A DNA stretch of 64,000 bases from Octopus vulgaris (Eukaryota): NCBI GenBank assembly GCA_951406725.2, contig OX597824.1, positions 48,112,001 to 48,176,000 on the forward strand, in the 5' to 3' direction. Below the pieces are notes generated by a model that was not told where the DNA came from, ran no database searches, and was given only the letters and a program-made list of their open reading frames with translations. Position 1 is the stretch's first letter; each line of letters opens with the position of its first letter. Below, one piece after another: positions 17,253-33,185 of the stretch. Made by a program: the position numbers and the translations under genes.

Positions 17253-17667
17253 CCTGGGTCCCTTGATTGTGGTGGTCTTGAGTGCTGTTGTGAGTGCCCC
17301 TGGCTCTGAAGACGATGTATCCAGGCCAGTTGTCCCACAATTTTCTCTGCTATTTCCACAAAATTTCTTTGTTCTGCTGCCGCCGTCTGCATTTCCTCTG
17401 CAAATGTGCGCCTTCTCCTTGTTGGGGCATTCCGCACTATGTCTGCATATTTCTGGGGCAGCTTGAATTTGTTCTGGTTTTGGTTTCGGTCTTGGTTTTG
17501 GTTAAGGCATTTTGGTCGAGTGGGTTTGATGCAATTTCCATAGGGCCTGGGATGAGCGAACCTGCATCCTTCCCCTGTTTCTCCATGCCAGCAGGTTCCA
17601 TTCCGGAAGAATTTGCATGTTATCTGGGTTTTCTTGTCCCCAGTTCCTCTCTGTTTTTTCTTCCTCC
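17171..17667 (-). CDS. LINE ORF1, C-terminal ~165 aa, with a CCCH zinc finger (start lost at the TA junction)
   Basis: Unique C-terminal part of the 17171-21136 ORF: RRKKKQ...[24 protein letters not shown] (C-x7-C-x8-C-x3-H, 17552-17617), then an N/Q-rich linker, a helical [25 protein letters not shown] segment and a P/Q-rich tail. Confidence 0.75.
17360..17366 (-). promoter_or_regulatory. Candidate -1 ribosomal frameshift slippery heptamer A_AAU_UUU
   Basis: ORF1 codons AGA AAT TTT give X_XXY_YYZ in the correct phase; a -1 slip enters the ORF2 frame (AAA TTT TGT). Confidence 0.55.
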
Positions 17668-21141
<3,474 letters not shown>

Positions 21142-22404
21142 CAGAGTGTCCCTAAAAATGTACACACACTTTAGCAGCTGATAACTCTATTAACGTTTTT
21201 TTCTTTCTAGATGAAACCCAGTGGAATCAATGATGGCAAACTGACTAAGCTTTGAACGAAGAAAATTCATTCTAAAATGCTAATGAAAGTGTGAAAACAC
21301 AGTTGAAGTACAAAGACAGTTTAGGAGGGAGTTTCAAACAGAGCCACCAATGTGACTTACCATCACTCAAATTAGAGATAAGTTTGAAGCCAATGGAACT
21401 ATTCAGAATGTTCACAAGACGCGTCCCAGAAGACCATGAACATCAACAACTCCCCAAAGCAAGAAGGAGTGCTGGAAACATCACCAATGTCGAAGAAAAT
21501 CCATGCGGCAAAGAAGTAAGGATGTGGGTATTTTAAAATCGTCTTTACAACGCATTTTGAAGCATTGTCAATGGAAAAGGTACATTCCAAGATTATGCCA
21601 TGCTATTAATGATGATGATCCAGACCGGAGAGTGTAGTATTGCGAGTGGTACGTCGCATGATGTGTAGAAGATGCACATTTTCCAACAAAGATTGTGTGG
21701 AGTGATGAGGCCACATTCAAATTAAATGGTTCAATTAACTGCCACAATTGCACCAACTGGGGATCTGAGAATCCGCATGTTATGGTGGAACATCATGTTA
21801 ATTTACCAGGAGTTACAGTGTGGCGTGTCTTATCAAGAAGATTAACTGGACCAGTCTTTTTTGATGCTACTGTGACTGGTCCCGTTTACTTGAACTTGCT
21901 GCAACAGTCTGTCATGCCAAACATTAGAGAAGACTTTGACGATGAGGAGTTTTGTTTTCAGCAAGATGGGGCACCCCCACACTACTACTGTGATGTTAGA
22001 AACTTCTTTGAAGAGATCTTGCTAAACAGGTGGATTGGATAAGGGGTTTGGTTGAATACCCTCCGCATTCAATAGACCTCACACCACTAGACTTTTTTTA
22101 TGGGGATACCTAAAAGACAAAGTCTACACTATGAAACCTGCAACAGTCGCTGATTTCAGAGCAGCCATTGAATGAGAATGCACACAAATACCAAACACAT
22201 TGTTTTGTAATGGTTGCAATTCCATTGCTTCATGTTGTCAGCAGTGCCTGGACCAGAACGACGTCAGTTAGAAAACAGTTGTTGACAAAACAATAAAATA
22301 ATGTCTGTAGATTCTATTAAATTTTGAAAACGAAATGTATTTTAATAAACACCTACTTAACAATTATCTATATATAATGTATATACATTTTTTGGGATAC
22401 CCTG
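21142..22404 (+). mobile_element. Tc1/mariner-superfamily DNA transposon, probably DD41D (rosa/Visitor-like), with a decayed transposase
   Basis: TA flanks and imperfect TIRs: CAGAGTGTCCCTAAAAATGTACACACA on the left, and the right end reverse-complements to CAGGGTATCCCAAAAAATGTATATACA. Motifs [16 protein letters not shown] and (across a frameshift) YPPHSIDLTPLDFF.WGYLKDKVY. D-to-D spacing is about 41 after repair. Confidence 0.88.
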
Positions 22405-22529
22405 TATATATATATATATATACATGCACACACACATATATGTTCAAATATACAAATATTCATATAAATACACACACAAATACCTACACATAAATATATA
22501 AGTATACATGCACACACATACACACATTG

Positions 22530-22755
22530 TCATGAGGGCTTTCTCTTTCCTGTTATTTTCAGCCTTGCAACTTACCTGGCGGCCTCACTAGTACTGGTGG
22601 CATGAAAAAAAAGCACCCAATTACTTTGAGGTATGTAGAAAACTTGCCAAAGCTTACACTAGAGCTAGGCAGAGTCCTGTGGCTTGCTGAATCCTGTGAA
22701 ACCATCCAACCTATGCCAGCAAGGAAAATGGATGCTAACTGGTAATGATGATGGT
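22530..22755 (+). mobile_element. Degenerate SINE/RTE-tail fragment
   Basis: GGTGGCATGAAAAAAAAGCACCC...CCATCCAACCTATGCCAGCAAGGAAAATGGATG...(GAT)n resembles the 44640-44825 tail. Confidence 0.6.
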
Positions 22756-22869
22756 GTTATATATATGTGCAAGTGTGTATGTACTTATATACACAGGATA
22801 CATCAGCTACTTGAGAACAAAAATTATAAGAGCCATAAGTGGCCCAAGCCTTAACTAAATATCCTTTCT

Positions 22870-23805
22870 TATTCAGCTCCAACACGGAAGCTTTGAATCT
22901 AATGCAAATGATGAAAGGGCATGCCACTCTTGTTGCCTTAGCTGTCTGCAACCTTAAATGTCATCAGATCCTTCATGTTTCAAATAAGAAAAGAGCTCTA
23001 GGCATCTGGTGACAATGTGCCTTTCATGGCCAAAAGTAAACAAAACATTCTTGATGATCAAACACTGTCAAAAAAGTTGAGTTTGTCCACCAAGTCCAGG
23101 GCATCCTCAGCAATTAGATATAATGCACAAATCCTATGTTATGGGAAGAGGGTAGCTAAAGTCAAAAATGACCAAGGAGAACCATGTAATCCGGTTGAAG
23201 CATTTGCTGAACAAATTCAAGCACCCTGAGGTGGGCAAGCTCTGGTTCTGAAAAGAACTTTGTCCGAGATCAAAAAGTGAACAGGTAGAATGACAGATTA
23301 CTCTGCATCAACCTCACTGAACTTTCCACCGTTATGCACACCAAGTTCCCATCGTCTGTGGTGGTTTCGGGGCTTGTGAGCTGTAAGGGCCACGTCATGC
23401 CTCCATTCCTTGTCTTGCAAGATCTTAGGGTCAATGCAGGGAGCCTACATTGAGAGAATGGAGATGGTTGTGAAGCCCTGGATCAAAAGAGTTGCTTAGA
23501 GGAGGTCATACATGTTCCCTCTCACAGCCTCCAATGTCAAAGATTGGATGGCTGAAAATTTTCATGATCATCTTACCTTAACATTTGGCCTCCTAGCTCT
23601 CCTAATTTAAACCCCATAGGCTACTACATGTGGAATATTTTCAGAGGGAAACCAACAAGTAGGCACACAAAACCAATGACTCACTGATGTCTGCTATAGG
23701 GGAATTTATGGTCAACATGAATAAAGATCATCTGATCAACACATTTAGTCATTTTAGAAGCCGTATCTAGGCAATAACTGAGGCTGATGGTGGTTTCATT
23801 GAATA
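22870..23805 (+). pseudogene. Decayed mariner-like transposase, probably the maT/DD37D type
   Basis: Frame-hopping translation gives LLNKFKHPEVG, EKNFVRDQKVNR.NDR, MHTKFPSSVVV, GHVMPP, VVKPWIKRVA, DWMAENFHDH, IWPPSSPNLNPIGYYMW and SHFRSRI*AITEADGGFIE*. TIRs were not identified. Confidence 0.75.
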
Positions 23806-23893
23806 ATCTTTTGCTATGTGTATGTATGAATATGAGTACCAAATTCTATAAAACTATATCGGTTTTTCTAATGAATACACACACACACACATT

Positions 23894-23951
<58 letters not shown>

Positions 23952-24539
23952 TGTACATACTTCTATACATATATATATATATATAGATATATATATGTAT
24001 GCATAACGATGATGATGATGATGATGTGGGCACAGGATGCCATGAAACGTGTACACCAATATGATACAAAGCACGAGTACATGGAACATGAACTATTTTT
24101 TCAAACAACGAAAGACACAACTGGAAAACAAAACAAGCAGCATAAAGAATGACCCTTCATCAGTTGTTGGTTGTTTTTCTAGTCTCGTATTTCGAGCATT
24201 ATATATACATACATACAGTGATGCCTTGATATTCAAGTTGATTTGTTCCTGGGGACTGTTCATAAAGCAAAAACTTGTAAAGCAAGGCAATAATTTCCCA
24301 TAGTAGCAATGCTATAAATCATAATTCATTCTCGGAAAAATATTTTACCTATGAAATTTATAATACTCATAAATAAATGGTAATAAAATAAAAGTACAAT
24401 GTAAACAATATCTTATGCAAAAGAAAAATATTATTATAAGCGTTTCCCATATCCCTTTCACTCGCACTAGACTCATGCACACCATCACTTGTAGACATGA
24501 TCACCGATTCACAAGCACATTTGTGTGTGTGTGTGCACA

Positions 24540-24815
24540 AGTGAGTTTGCATTCCCTTCAACTTCATTTGTGTTGTGAAAATTAACTTTGCTACTGCCAA
24601 TCACAAAAGGATGTCCATCCAGGCATTTTCACAGTATTTGGTAACAGGGTGATATCACTGTTTGTTGTGCAATAAATTGGGAGATTATCTCGCTTGCAAA
24701 TGAATTGGAGTTGAAGACAGGAAGGGTGTCTGGTCACAGGAAACTGTCCACAACATACTCTCATCTGATCCATGCAATCATGGAAAATTAAACATTAGAA
24801 TGATGAAGATGATGA
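24540..24815 (+). mobile_element. Degenerate SINE body with RTE-type (GAT)n tail
   Basis: Ends ...CATCTGATCCATGCAATCATGGAAAATTAAACATTAGAATGATGAAGATGATG, like the other copies. Confidence 0.55.
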
Positions 24816-25525
24816 CTATATGTGTAAATATATATAACAAAGATGTATATTACGAACACACACCTACATTCATATATAGCACACTCACAGAAAGAGAGAG
24901 AGAGAGAGAGAGAGAGAGTGTGTGTGTGTGTAAAAGAGAAAGATGAACAAAAGTAAATCAGATTATACCAGTTCTGACCAAAAGGTCACACACATACATT
25001 GCTTACATTTAACAAAGCAAAGCAAAAAAACAAAAGGAAACAAGAGTAATGATAATAATAAAAACAATACTGAAACAGAGGAAATGTTGAAATCCCAAAA
25101 TCAATATGGATTTATTTTTCGATTCATTGAGTTAAAGATAATATCTGAAAACAATAAGTTGTCAGAAATCTGAGGAGAACATAAGCTAAAAACTATCTTA
25201 ACTAAAAAAGAGTCATGTGGGTGGTAAAGATATTGATTGGCTATCAATTGGAGAAATGAGCTTTTAGTCTAACAGTTCATTATAATAGGATAGTGCAAAT
25301 CCAATCTAAGTAGGCCAAAATGGAGAAAATGTTGTAACTGATGACTTTCTCTGAGTTTGATAACAAGAAAACACTTACGAATCAGAAATCAGGATGGTGA
25401 TGATAGTATTTAAAAAAAAAAAAAAAAAATTAATAACTCTAAAATTAAAAACAAACAGCTAAATTAAACTGAATAGATGTGAAAATATTTCGAGTAAATG
25501 GCAATTTTTACACTTACATGCTTAA

Positions 25526-25746
25526 CCCTTTTGTTACCATATTTATGTTGAGATGCTCTGTGTTTCTTTCCATTATTTTATATATAACAAAGAATTTAGT
25601 AAAATAACTTAGTTATCATTAAGCTAGTGTTAGGAACATAAATTGTAACTAAGGTTTGGTGAAAGAATTCAATTCAAAACTTATGAGAACAAAACATTTG
25701 TACTACAGAATCAGAGCCGGTTTCAGCCAGGTTGGTAACGAATGGG
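25526..25746. mobile_element. piggyBac-derived MITE (family 1)
   Basis: TTAA|CCCTTTTGTTACC ... GGTAACGAATGGG|TTAA; same TIRs as 35588-36672. Confidence 0.85.
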
Positions 25747-25961
25747 TTAACAAGCAATTTTTGTTATTTATTATTCTAGAAGAGCAAATACTTCATCCAA
25801 AGAAAATCATTTAGTTGAAAAAAAGAAAACCCAATTTCACTATGCTTCAATTTGTTCTCAATACTATTTTTCCCTTAATGAGATGAGATTTTTAAATGAG
25901 AACTATACAAAATAGAAATGGATAAAGAATTGGAAAAAGACATCTTTGGAGCATTGAATTT

Positions 25962-26010
<49 letters not shown>

Positions 26011-26294
26011 AGACAGGTGATGTAGATATTGTTTAGTTTCTGAGAAAGTAGTTGAAATTCACCCAGATGCTAGGGTAGGTCTGCTTACATAGATTATTAG
26101 CATGGCCAGAGAGGATTTTATCTATCATTCCTTTCATGTTTCTCAGTTCAGAAACAGGTAATTTTACTATAGAGAAAGTATTGAGTTTAAATATATTGTT
26201 TTTAAACTAAATATAGAGCGATGACAAAGTAGTAACACTGGGAGCTTAGACTTACACATCAAAGAAATAGAAAATATGCATAAAAACAACTTAC

Positions 26295-26395
26295 CAAACA
26301 AACTTATAATGATATTAAACTTGCTCTCCAGAAGTGATGGAATGATTGCGCTTGACTAAGTTTGGGATTCTACAAGTGAACACTTTTGTACCTCG
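26295..26395 (-). other. Candidate exon of a minus-strand host transcript (101 nt; stop codons in all frames)
   Basis: Acceptor TTTCTATTAATACAG| and donor TTG|GTAAGT. The best frame is RGTKVFTCRIPNLVKRNHSITSGEQV*. Confidence 0.4.
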
Positions 26396-27824
26396 CTGTA
26401 TTAATAGAAACGGATGGCAGCAATAACAATGGTATAAATAACCCCCACCCCCTCACCCTTTTCACACAGTTGACCTTTAACTGTTATTGAAACAGTGACT
26501 TCTATTTAATTAATAATAAAATGCATGTTAATTGTTTGCCACAAATTGATACTACAGTAAAATCAAATATGTGTTCATAAATATTAGAAGAAAATAGTTA
26601 CTAAGTCAATATGAGGAGCCCATTCAGTGTGCAGTAAAATTTGTTTGAAAAGAGAGCCATCTTATTGTTTTGATATAAATCTGGTCTTTCTGAATAGTGG
26701 ACCATCTGGTAAAAATCTCAGGTAATAGAAAATCAGTAATGGGTTTAGATTAGATGGGGTGCACTAAATATATTCCAAACAATTTGCATTTATCTCAGCT
26801 TTATGCCATGATTTATTTTGCTCATATCTATGCATCCACAATATTCTAAACTGCATTGGGTTTTATAAGACTTATCAATAATGTAAGTCGCTTTGTAAAT
26901 ACACCTTTGATACAGTACATTAAATTTAGAATTTTGAGTCGTGAAGGTTGTCTGCTTGCTCAAAGTTGACTTGTGGCTAACTAACAATAAGTGAACTGTA
27001 TACACTCCCTTCTAGGTGGGTATGAAGAATTAGAAATAACTGTTTATAGCAATGAATATTTATGTGTCTACTTAGGGATTACTTGTTTCTAACACTGGTA
27101 CAACCACATGTTTATAGGGCAATGGGTTATAAGAATCAATACTCAGTATGTTAGTGGTACTCAACAACTTTGAAGGAATGATCGGCAGAGGCAACTACAG
27201 TGGGATTTGACCTTAGAACATTAAGAGGCATAACAAGTTATGATATCCAGTAATCTCCCAATTTTGCCACTAATAACAAGCAAAACTTATGCATTGTAAT
27301 CTAACTAGTTTAATATTCAGAACAGTTGAATATGGACATTTTTGTGTTTTTGGCATCTGAATCAAGCATAAGATTTAATGTTGAAAATATGGTATGAATA
27401 ACTGGCCCAAATAATTGGAAGCACAGTATGATATTGTGAAGGCTGTGCTTTTGCTTAATTATATCAAATAATGAGATGGAAAAGTCTTAATTAATGACAA
27501 ATGGGCTTTCTCCTTAACACTATAACAATGTGGCTATTTTGTCTTATATGAAATGTTCTTTATATCTTGATTTCTGGATATGAAGAGAATACATTAAAAG
27601 TCATCATAATAATTAATTTGAATTATAAAATCTGTTTTCTCGGGGCTTTAACATAAAGCCTTAATTAAACTATGGCATCTCAACCAGAGGCTAGAATTAG
27701 TTCTTAACCAAAACTAGAATTTTATACTTCCGACCAACACTATCACTCAGTAATACTGATATCAATCATGAGTCAATCATAGCCTACTGTTCAAATGAAA
27801 AAAGAACACATTGAATAATGTAAT

Positions 27825-28300
27825 TCATCATCATTTAACATCTGTTGACCATGCTGGAATGGGTTGGATGGTTTGACCAGGGCTGGTAAGCTGGAAGGCT
27901 GCACCAGACTCCAGTCTGATTTGGCATGGTTTTCTATAGATGGATGCCCTTCCTAACACCAACCACTCTAAAAGTGTAGTGGGTGCTTTTATGTGCCACC
28001 AATACAGGTGCCATTTGCGTGACACCAGTATCTGCCATGACTTCAATTTTGCCTCCATGAGTCCCAATGGTTGAAGGGAACTCAGCCATTTTACCTTCGT
28101 GAGGCCCAATGCTCCAACGGTGCTCTTTATGTGCCATCAGCATGGGTGCCAGTTACATGACACCAACATCAGCCATGACCACAATTTCACTTGGCTTGAT
28201 ACGTCTTCTCAAGCACAGCATATTGTCAAAGGTCTTGGTCACTAGTCATTGCCCCTGTGAGGCTCAAAGTTTGAAGATAATGCTTCACCACTTTGCCCCA
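27825..28300 (-). mobile_element. 5'-truncated RTE-clade LINE (ORF C-terminus + 3' UTR + (GAT)n tail)
   Basis: 28190-28300 is homologous to the RTE C-terminal coding fragment at 37430-37633 (VVKH.L.TL.LT.AMTSD.DL.QYAVLEKT). The tail is CATCATCATTTAACATCTG...CCATGCTGG. Confidence 0.75.
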
Positions 28301-28389
28301 TTTCTGATGCTTATTTTGTCAACAAGTGAGCCATTATGGAGCCACTCAACTTGATATAAACTGCCCTCGAAAAAAGGATAAGGAAAAAA

Positions 28390-28535
28390 AAAAGCACACA
28401 GTACACTTTTATAAAGTGGCTGGCATTAGGAAGGGCATGCTGCTGTAGAAAACCTGTCAACGCTCCAGCTTGTTGAATCAGGTTGAACTGTTTGACCTGT
28501 GCCAGCAAAGAAAAGAGACATTAAATGATGATGTA
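28390..28535 (+). mobile_element. RTE-type 3' tail fragment
   Basis: AAAGTGGCTGGCATTAGGAAGGGCATGCTGCTGTAGAAA...GACATTAAATGATGATG. Confidence 0.65.
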
Positions 28536-30179
28536 CTAAAAGATAGATTGTTTGCAAAAGAAAAAAAAAGAAAAGAAATAAGATTTTTATAGCTGGAACA
28601 GTTTGGATCATAGGTCTGCAAGGCTAATCTGGAGTCAAACAACAATTACTCTGTGGAATGAATGGCAAAATTATCCTCAGTAGGGTTTGAACTTAGTAAA
28701 TATATGAATGAAATCAAATACTGAAATAATTTAGTCTAATACTTACTCTATTGCTTCTGCCATTCTATACTACTGGTTTTGAAATATTGATAAAATTTTT
28801 AAAATAGAATAATTATTATTTAAATGCTAATTGGATTTAAAGGGAGTCCCACTCCCACCAAAAGCAGGTAAACAAAGGAAATGCATTAAAAGTAACAGAG
28901 GGTGACAGCACTGAAGCAAAGGCTTTTCAATGCCGCTCTCCTTCCTGTCTGCTCTACTAAATCTGGATGCAGATTTCTCATCACATAAAAAGCAGGAAAA
29001 CAATGACAACATTGATTTAATTTTCAAGAGAGCTCTTGAATAAATCAGACAGGTAGCTTTATATCTAACTTTTCTAATAGAATCAAATAAGTAGATCATA
29101 AGAGAAACAAAATTTAAAAGTTGACAATTTAACTTTTACATAAGTAATTCCAGTTAAATAGGAAGATTAAATTATGCTACAATTTCAAAGCAATTTTTGA
29201 GCAAATTTATTTCAAATGCAAAGATAAACCATTCAAAAGAATAAAATGACTGCTAATTGTAAAAGATGGAATTTCATGTAAGTGAATGTAAGAGTGAGTT
29301 ATTAAGATACAGAACTTCAAAAACATAGTTACATTCAAAGCAAATTTCCTTTTTTAAATTCATTCACATCTTGAGTGAAAGTACAAATAGAATGACTTCC
29401 CTTTAAATACAGAAACATATAAAATGGGTAAAAAAGATAATATATGCAACACATATTTGTGTGTGTATGCATGTGTAACACTGTATATTTAGTGTTTTAC
29501 ACACACACGTTTATATAATTAGAAATGGTCCTCCAAAATAAAAGAATATCTAGCAAGTCCTGGCTGCTAATGCGAAAGTAACTAGAGTTATCACAACTAG
29601 GAGGAAAATAAGGGAGCAGAAGGATGCTTTTGTGAACAACTTTTGTATGGCCTCCTATAAAGTATGGGCAGAGAGGTAGATTACAGCTTGGTATTGCTTA
29701 GTGCAAAATACTGTTTAGCTATCGTCAAATAATATCAAAGTATGAACACAAGGGTATCAATGCATAAAATAAAATGCATACAGGCATGATACATACCGGG
29801 TGAGTATGTTCTATGACTGATTCACCACAATGAAAACAGACCAGAGGAATTGAAGGAAGAGTCTAGACTTGAAGAAATGAAGCCTGAGGTGGCATAACAC
29901 TAAACAAAATTAGTTACAGAGAAAGAGACTGTCTTCCAAATTATCCTTTAGTTCAGAGAAGTATTTCATAGGACATTGTGATATTAAGGTTTCTCATAAT
30001 TCTACAGGAGGAGAAGAAAGTTACATTGTTATGAAGCAAGGTTATGTATAATTGAAATAGAATTTAGATATATCAATAGGAGCCTATATGAGCTACTGCT
30101 ATTCTTTAATCAAAATTTGGTAACAGCTTTTCTAATTGGGGATTATATGAAAGAAGATACATTGATGCCTCCTATTAAG

Positions 30180-30480
30180 TCAGTAACTGTTTCTCAAGAG
30201 TGCGAAGTCATTTAGGATACCCAGCACAAGTGTCCTTTAAATTGTTGTTGTGGGTCGTACATAGAAATTTGCATTGTATGCAAATTGTCTTTCTTTGCAA
30301 AGTATGTGCACACCCATCTGAGTAACATTTGTTCAAATTTCTGCAATGAAAAAACCGATTTCATCTTGAAAACCTTGTGTGCATAGATATCTTTTTTCTT
30401 TTTCAGCTGTAAAACATATGCACATGCAGTAACACAGAGGCAATACTCCTAACTGCTTTTACTACAGTGTGAAGAACTAT
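30180..30480 (-). pseudogene. Possible highly decayed DDE DNA-transposase fragment
   Basis: The minus strand reads ...HKVF/QDEIGFFIAE...YSDGCA..., which resembles a catalytic YFSDGCA motif. The frames are broken. Confidence 0.25.
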
Positions 30481-30758
30481 AGACAAGATACTAAACATTG
30501 TACCATTTGATAGTTAGTAACAGACCACAGGTATAGCTTTTGAAGTTTGGATATGTTTTACCCATATTATCATGGGAAAACCCTCTAGGTCCAGAACAAA
30601 GCAGTGCTTGCAACAATTCAACAGTGAGCTTTAAGTAAGCTGAGGAGAAGGAATCAAGTTTTGTCAGCACAGTTTTTGAATTTGGTAAATGGAAGGCAGA
30701 TCACACTATTTAGAGTAGCACCTTTAAACATGACTTTCAGTTAATATTTCATTGAATT

Positions 30759-30975
30759 AAGGTGGCAAGCTAATAGAATTGTTACCATGCCAGACAAAAT
30801 ACTTAGTGGCATTTCCATTATCTCTACATTCTGAGTTTAAATTCGACTGAGGTCGACTTTGTGTTTCATCCTTTTGGGGTCAATAAAATAAGAACCAGTT
30901 GAGTAATGGGGTTGATGTAATCAACTTACCTGCTCTCTCAAAATTGTTGGCCTTGTGCCAAAATTTGAAACCAAT
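30759..30975 (+). mobile_element. tRNA-derived SINE family S1
   Basis: Head AAGGTGGCAAGCTAATAGAATTGTTACC, B-box-like GAGTTTAAATTC, body GGTCGACTTTG..TTTCATCCTTTTGGGGTCAATAAA, end GGCCTTGTGCCAAAATTTGAAACC. Repeated many times in the window. Confidence 0.85.
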
Positions 30976-33029
30976 ATTTCATTGGATTACACTAGGGGTG
31001 TAGCTTATGACCTTGAGAAACAGATAGTACCAGTTGGTTTAAGAACAGTTGCTACAGCATGTAATTGATAAATCCACTTCATTTTAAGATAATCTTTATT
31101 ACAAACCAATATTATTTAATCAAGAGAATAAGTATAAACAATAGCAAGAAGCCTTAAAATTTAATATTTTCCAAGATATCCTCTTCTGCTGCCACAGTGA
31201 GACTAATAACTGCATTGTTAAATGTCCTCTGTCTGTCCAGTTTGAGCAGATGTATATTTGAACGACTTGGAGACTGAGAATTAAGTCTAGTTTGAAATTA
31301 TTGCACATTCTTCCATATTTCATAATTTTTTTTTATTTTATTGTCATATAACAGGTTTTGATTGTCAGTGGGTATATATTTTTTTCTTGACATGGTCATG
31401 TAGTGCATAAAGTTTTAATGTTGTAGACTTCGCCTCACTGTGTTTGTTATCCATAACTACAGTATGTGAATAGAAGTCAGTTAATGAATTATAGCACTGA
31501 TCCCTAGAGATTGTATTTTAAGTGGCTGGTGACAAGGAAAAAGAAAAGAGAGTTGTTGCTAGGGTAAGCAGAATTGGTATATTCTAAGAAAAACTGATGC
31601 AGTTGTCATTGCCTGAAATCAGCCCTAAGTAGACTTGTGATCAAATGTGTTCTAACTAAAACCCTTCTCCTTTACTTGCGTATTTATGAGTACATTACCC
31701 AAAATATTCTTCCTATTCAAGACTGTAAGGTGTAGTTTGAGGAAAATTTGGCTGCTGTTTCTCACAGGTTAAGTGAATACATAAAAGCTATTCACTGGCT
31801 CATTACTAATGTACCTCTGCAGACTGGTATCAAATTTACTTGAACTAGGTAAAAATTGTATCAATGGCTGAGTATTTTGTAATTTAAAAAAAAAAATTTG
31901 TAATATGTTATGGTACTGAAAATGACAAGTTTGTATGGGATGCTAAGAATTTTTACTCTCTACAAATTTTAAAATCGGTAATTTCTAGCAGAATTAAACC
32001 CATGATGTATCTTTAGAATTTAACTACTCAGACACTCTTAATTTGTAATTCAATTTCTTATTGAAGTTTAATGCCTAAATATAATGACATTACTAAATAT
32101 TTTTCAGTTTTAACAAATTTTCCTGTATTCAGTTTCATATTTTCAAAATGTTGTCGAAAAGAATTTAAAAAAATGAAAAAAGTGTAAAAGAAAAATGTAG
32201 TATAAAAGTACATCACTATGCTTAGTGTGCAAGTGATGATTATCAACATTTATTCTAACCTGGTCTTATTTTCCTTTTTGTCACAGCAATGTATCACTTA
32301 TAGTCACCATTTTCAGGAATCTACCAATAATGTTAACTCATGATGTACTGCAAACTATTACAAAGTTATTGTTTATAAACATAAAATAGGTGTAATTTAT
32401 CCACAAAGCAGTGCTTGTTTACTCTCAATTTAAATTACATATGATGTATGTCAATTTGTTTCATTTTCATCTTTCTTGGTCTTCCAGAATTTTGAGCCCA
32501 GAACTGACTTTGTTGTTTAACATCTCAGGATAGCTTGGTAGTTCTACTTGCTGAGAAAGATCCATACCACAAATATGCAAGATTTAATGGTAGGCAGTCA
32601 ACCCACTCATAGAGTGTCTAGAAAACAAAACAAATGCTTTATTTTGATATCCTACACCATTTGAAGTGCATGGCTCTGTGGAGTGTAGTGTGACAACATA
32701 TTATTTTTAATTTACCAACCCAGTTCAAGAATTTAAAGTGGTGGCCACTACAAGAACACAAAGTGGATTTGAAAGGCATGTGTTAGTCTAATTATTTGGT
32801 GTTTAACAAGAGTATAATGACAATCCAATACATTGTTAGATATAGTGAATTGCTGGTCTATATAACTACTTTGCTAAGGATGTATGCTTTGCATTTGTTT
32901 GAATCAGACATGACATTGTGTTGTTATACTGTAATGTAAGTGGGTTAAAAGTAAATACTGTAGTTGCAGGGGATAACCTGGTTTTATATATGTACACATA
33001 TACACACATATATACATGTGTGTATATGT

Positions 33030-33185
33030 CATCATTATCATTTAACATCCATTTTCCATACTGTCAAGGCCAGGAACTGCTCTGGGTTCCATAGTCCATT
33101 TTGGAATGGTTTCTACAGTTGGATGCCCTTCCTAATGCCAATCACTTTACAGAATGTACAGGGTGCTTTTTATGTGGCACCATTG
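33030..33185 (-). mobile_element. RTE-type 3' tail fragment
   Basis: CATCATTATCATTTAACATCCATTTTCCA...GGATGCCCTTCCTAATGCC...GGGTGCTTTTTATGTGGCACC. Confidence 0.7.

Noticed and set aside
15145-17466. Several + strand ORFs (60-172 aa) opposite ORF2
   Set aside because: Antisense shadows of a long coding frame, with no independent motifs.
24030-24210. CTGATGA on the minus strand, suggesting a second hammerhead
   Set aside because: No correctly placed GAAA core with closing stems was found; left as an unclassified repeat fragment.
25374-25430. Possible further minus-strand exon (donor GTAAGT at ~25378 after a poly-T tract)
   Set aside because: No AG acceptor follows the polypyrimidine tract.
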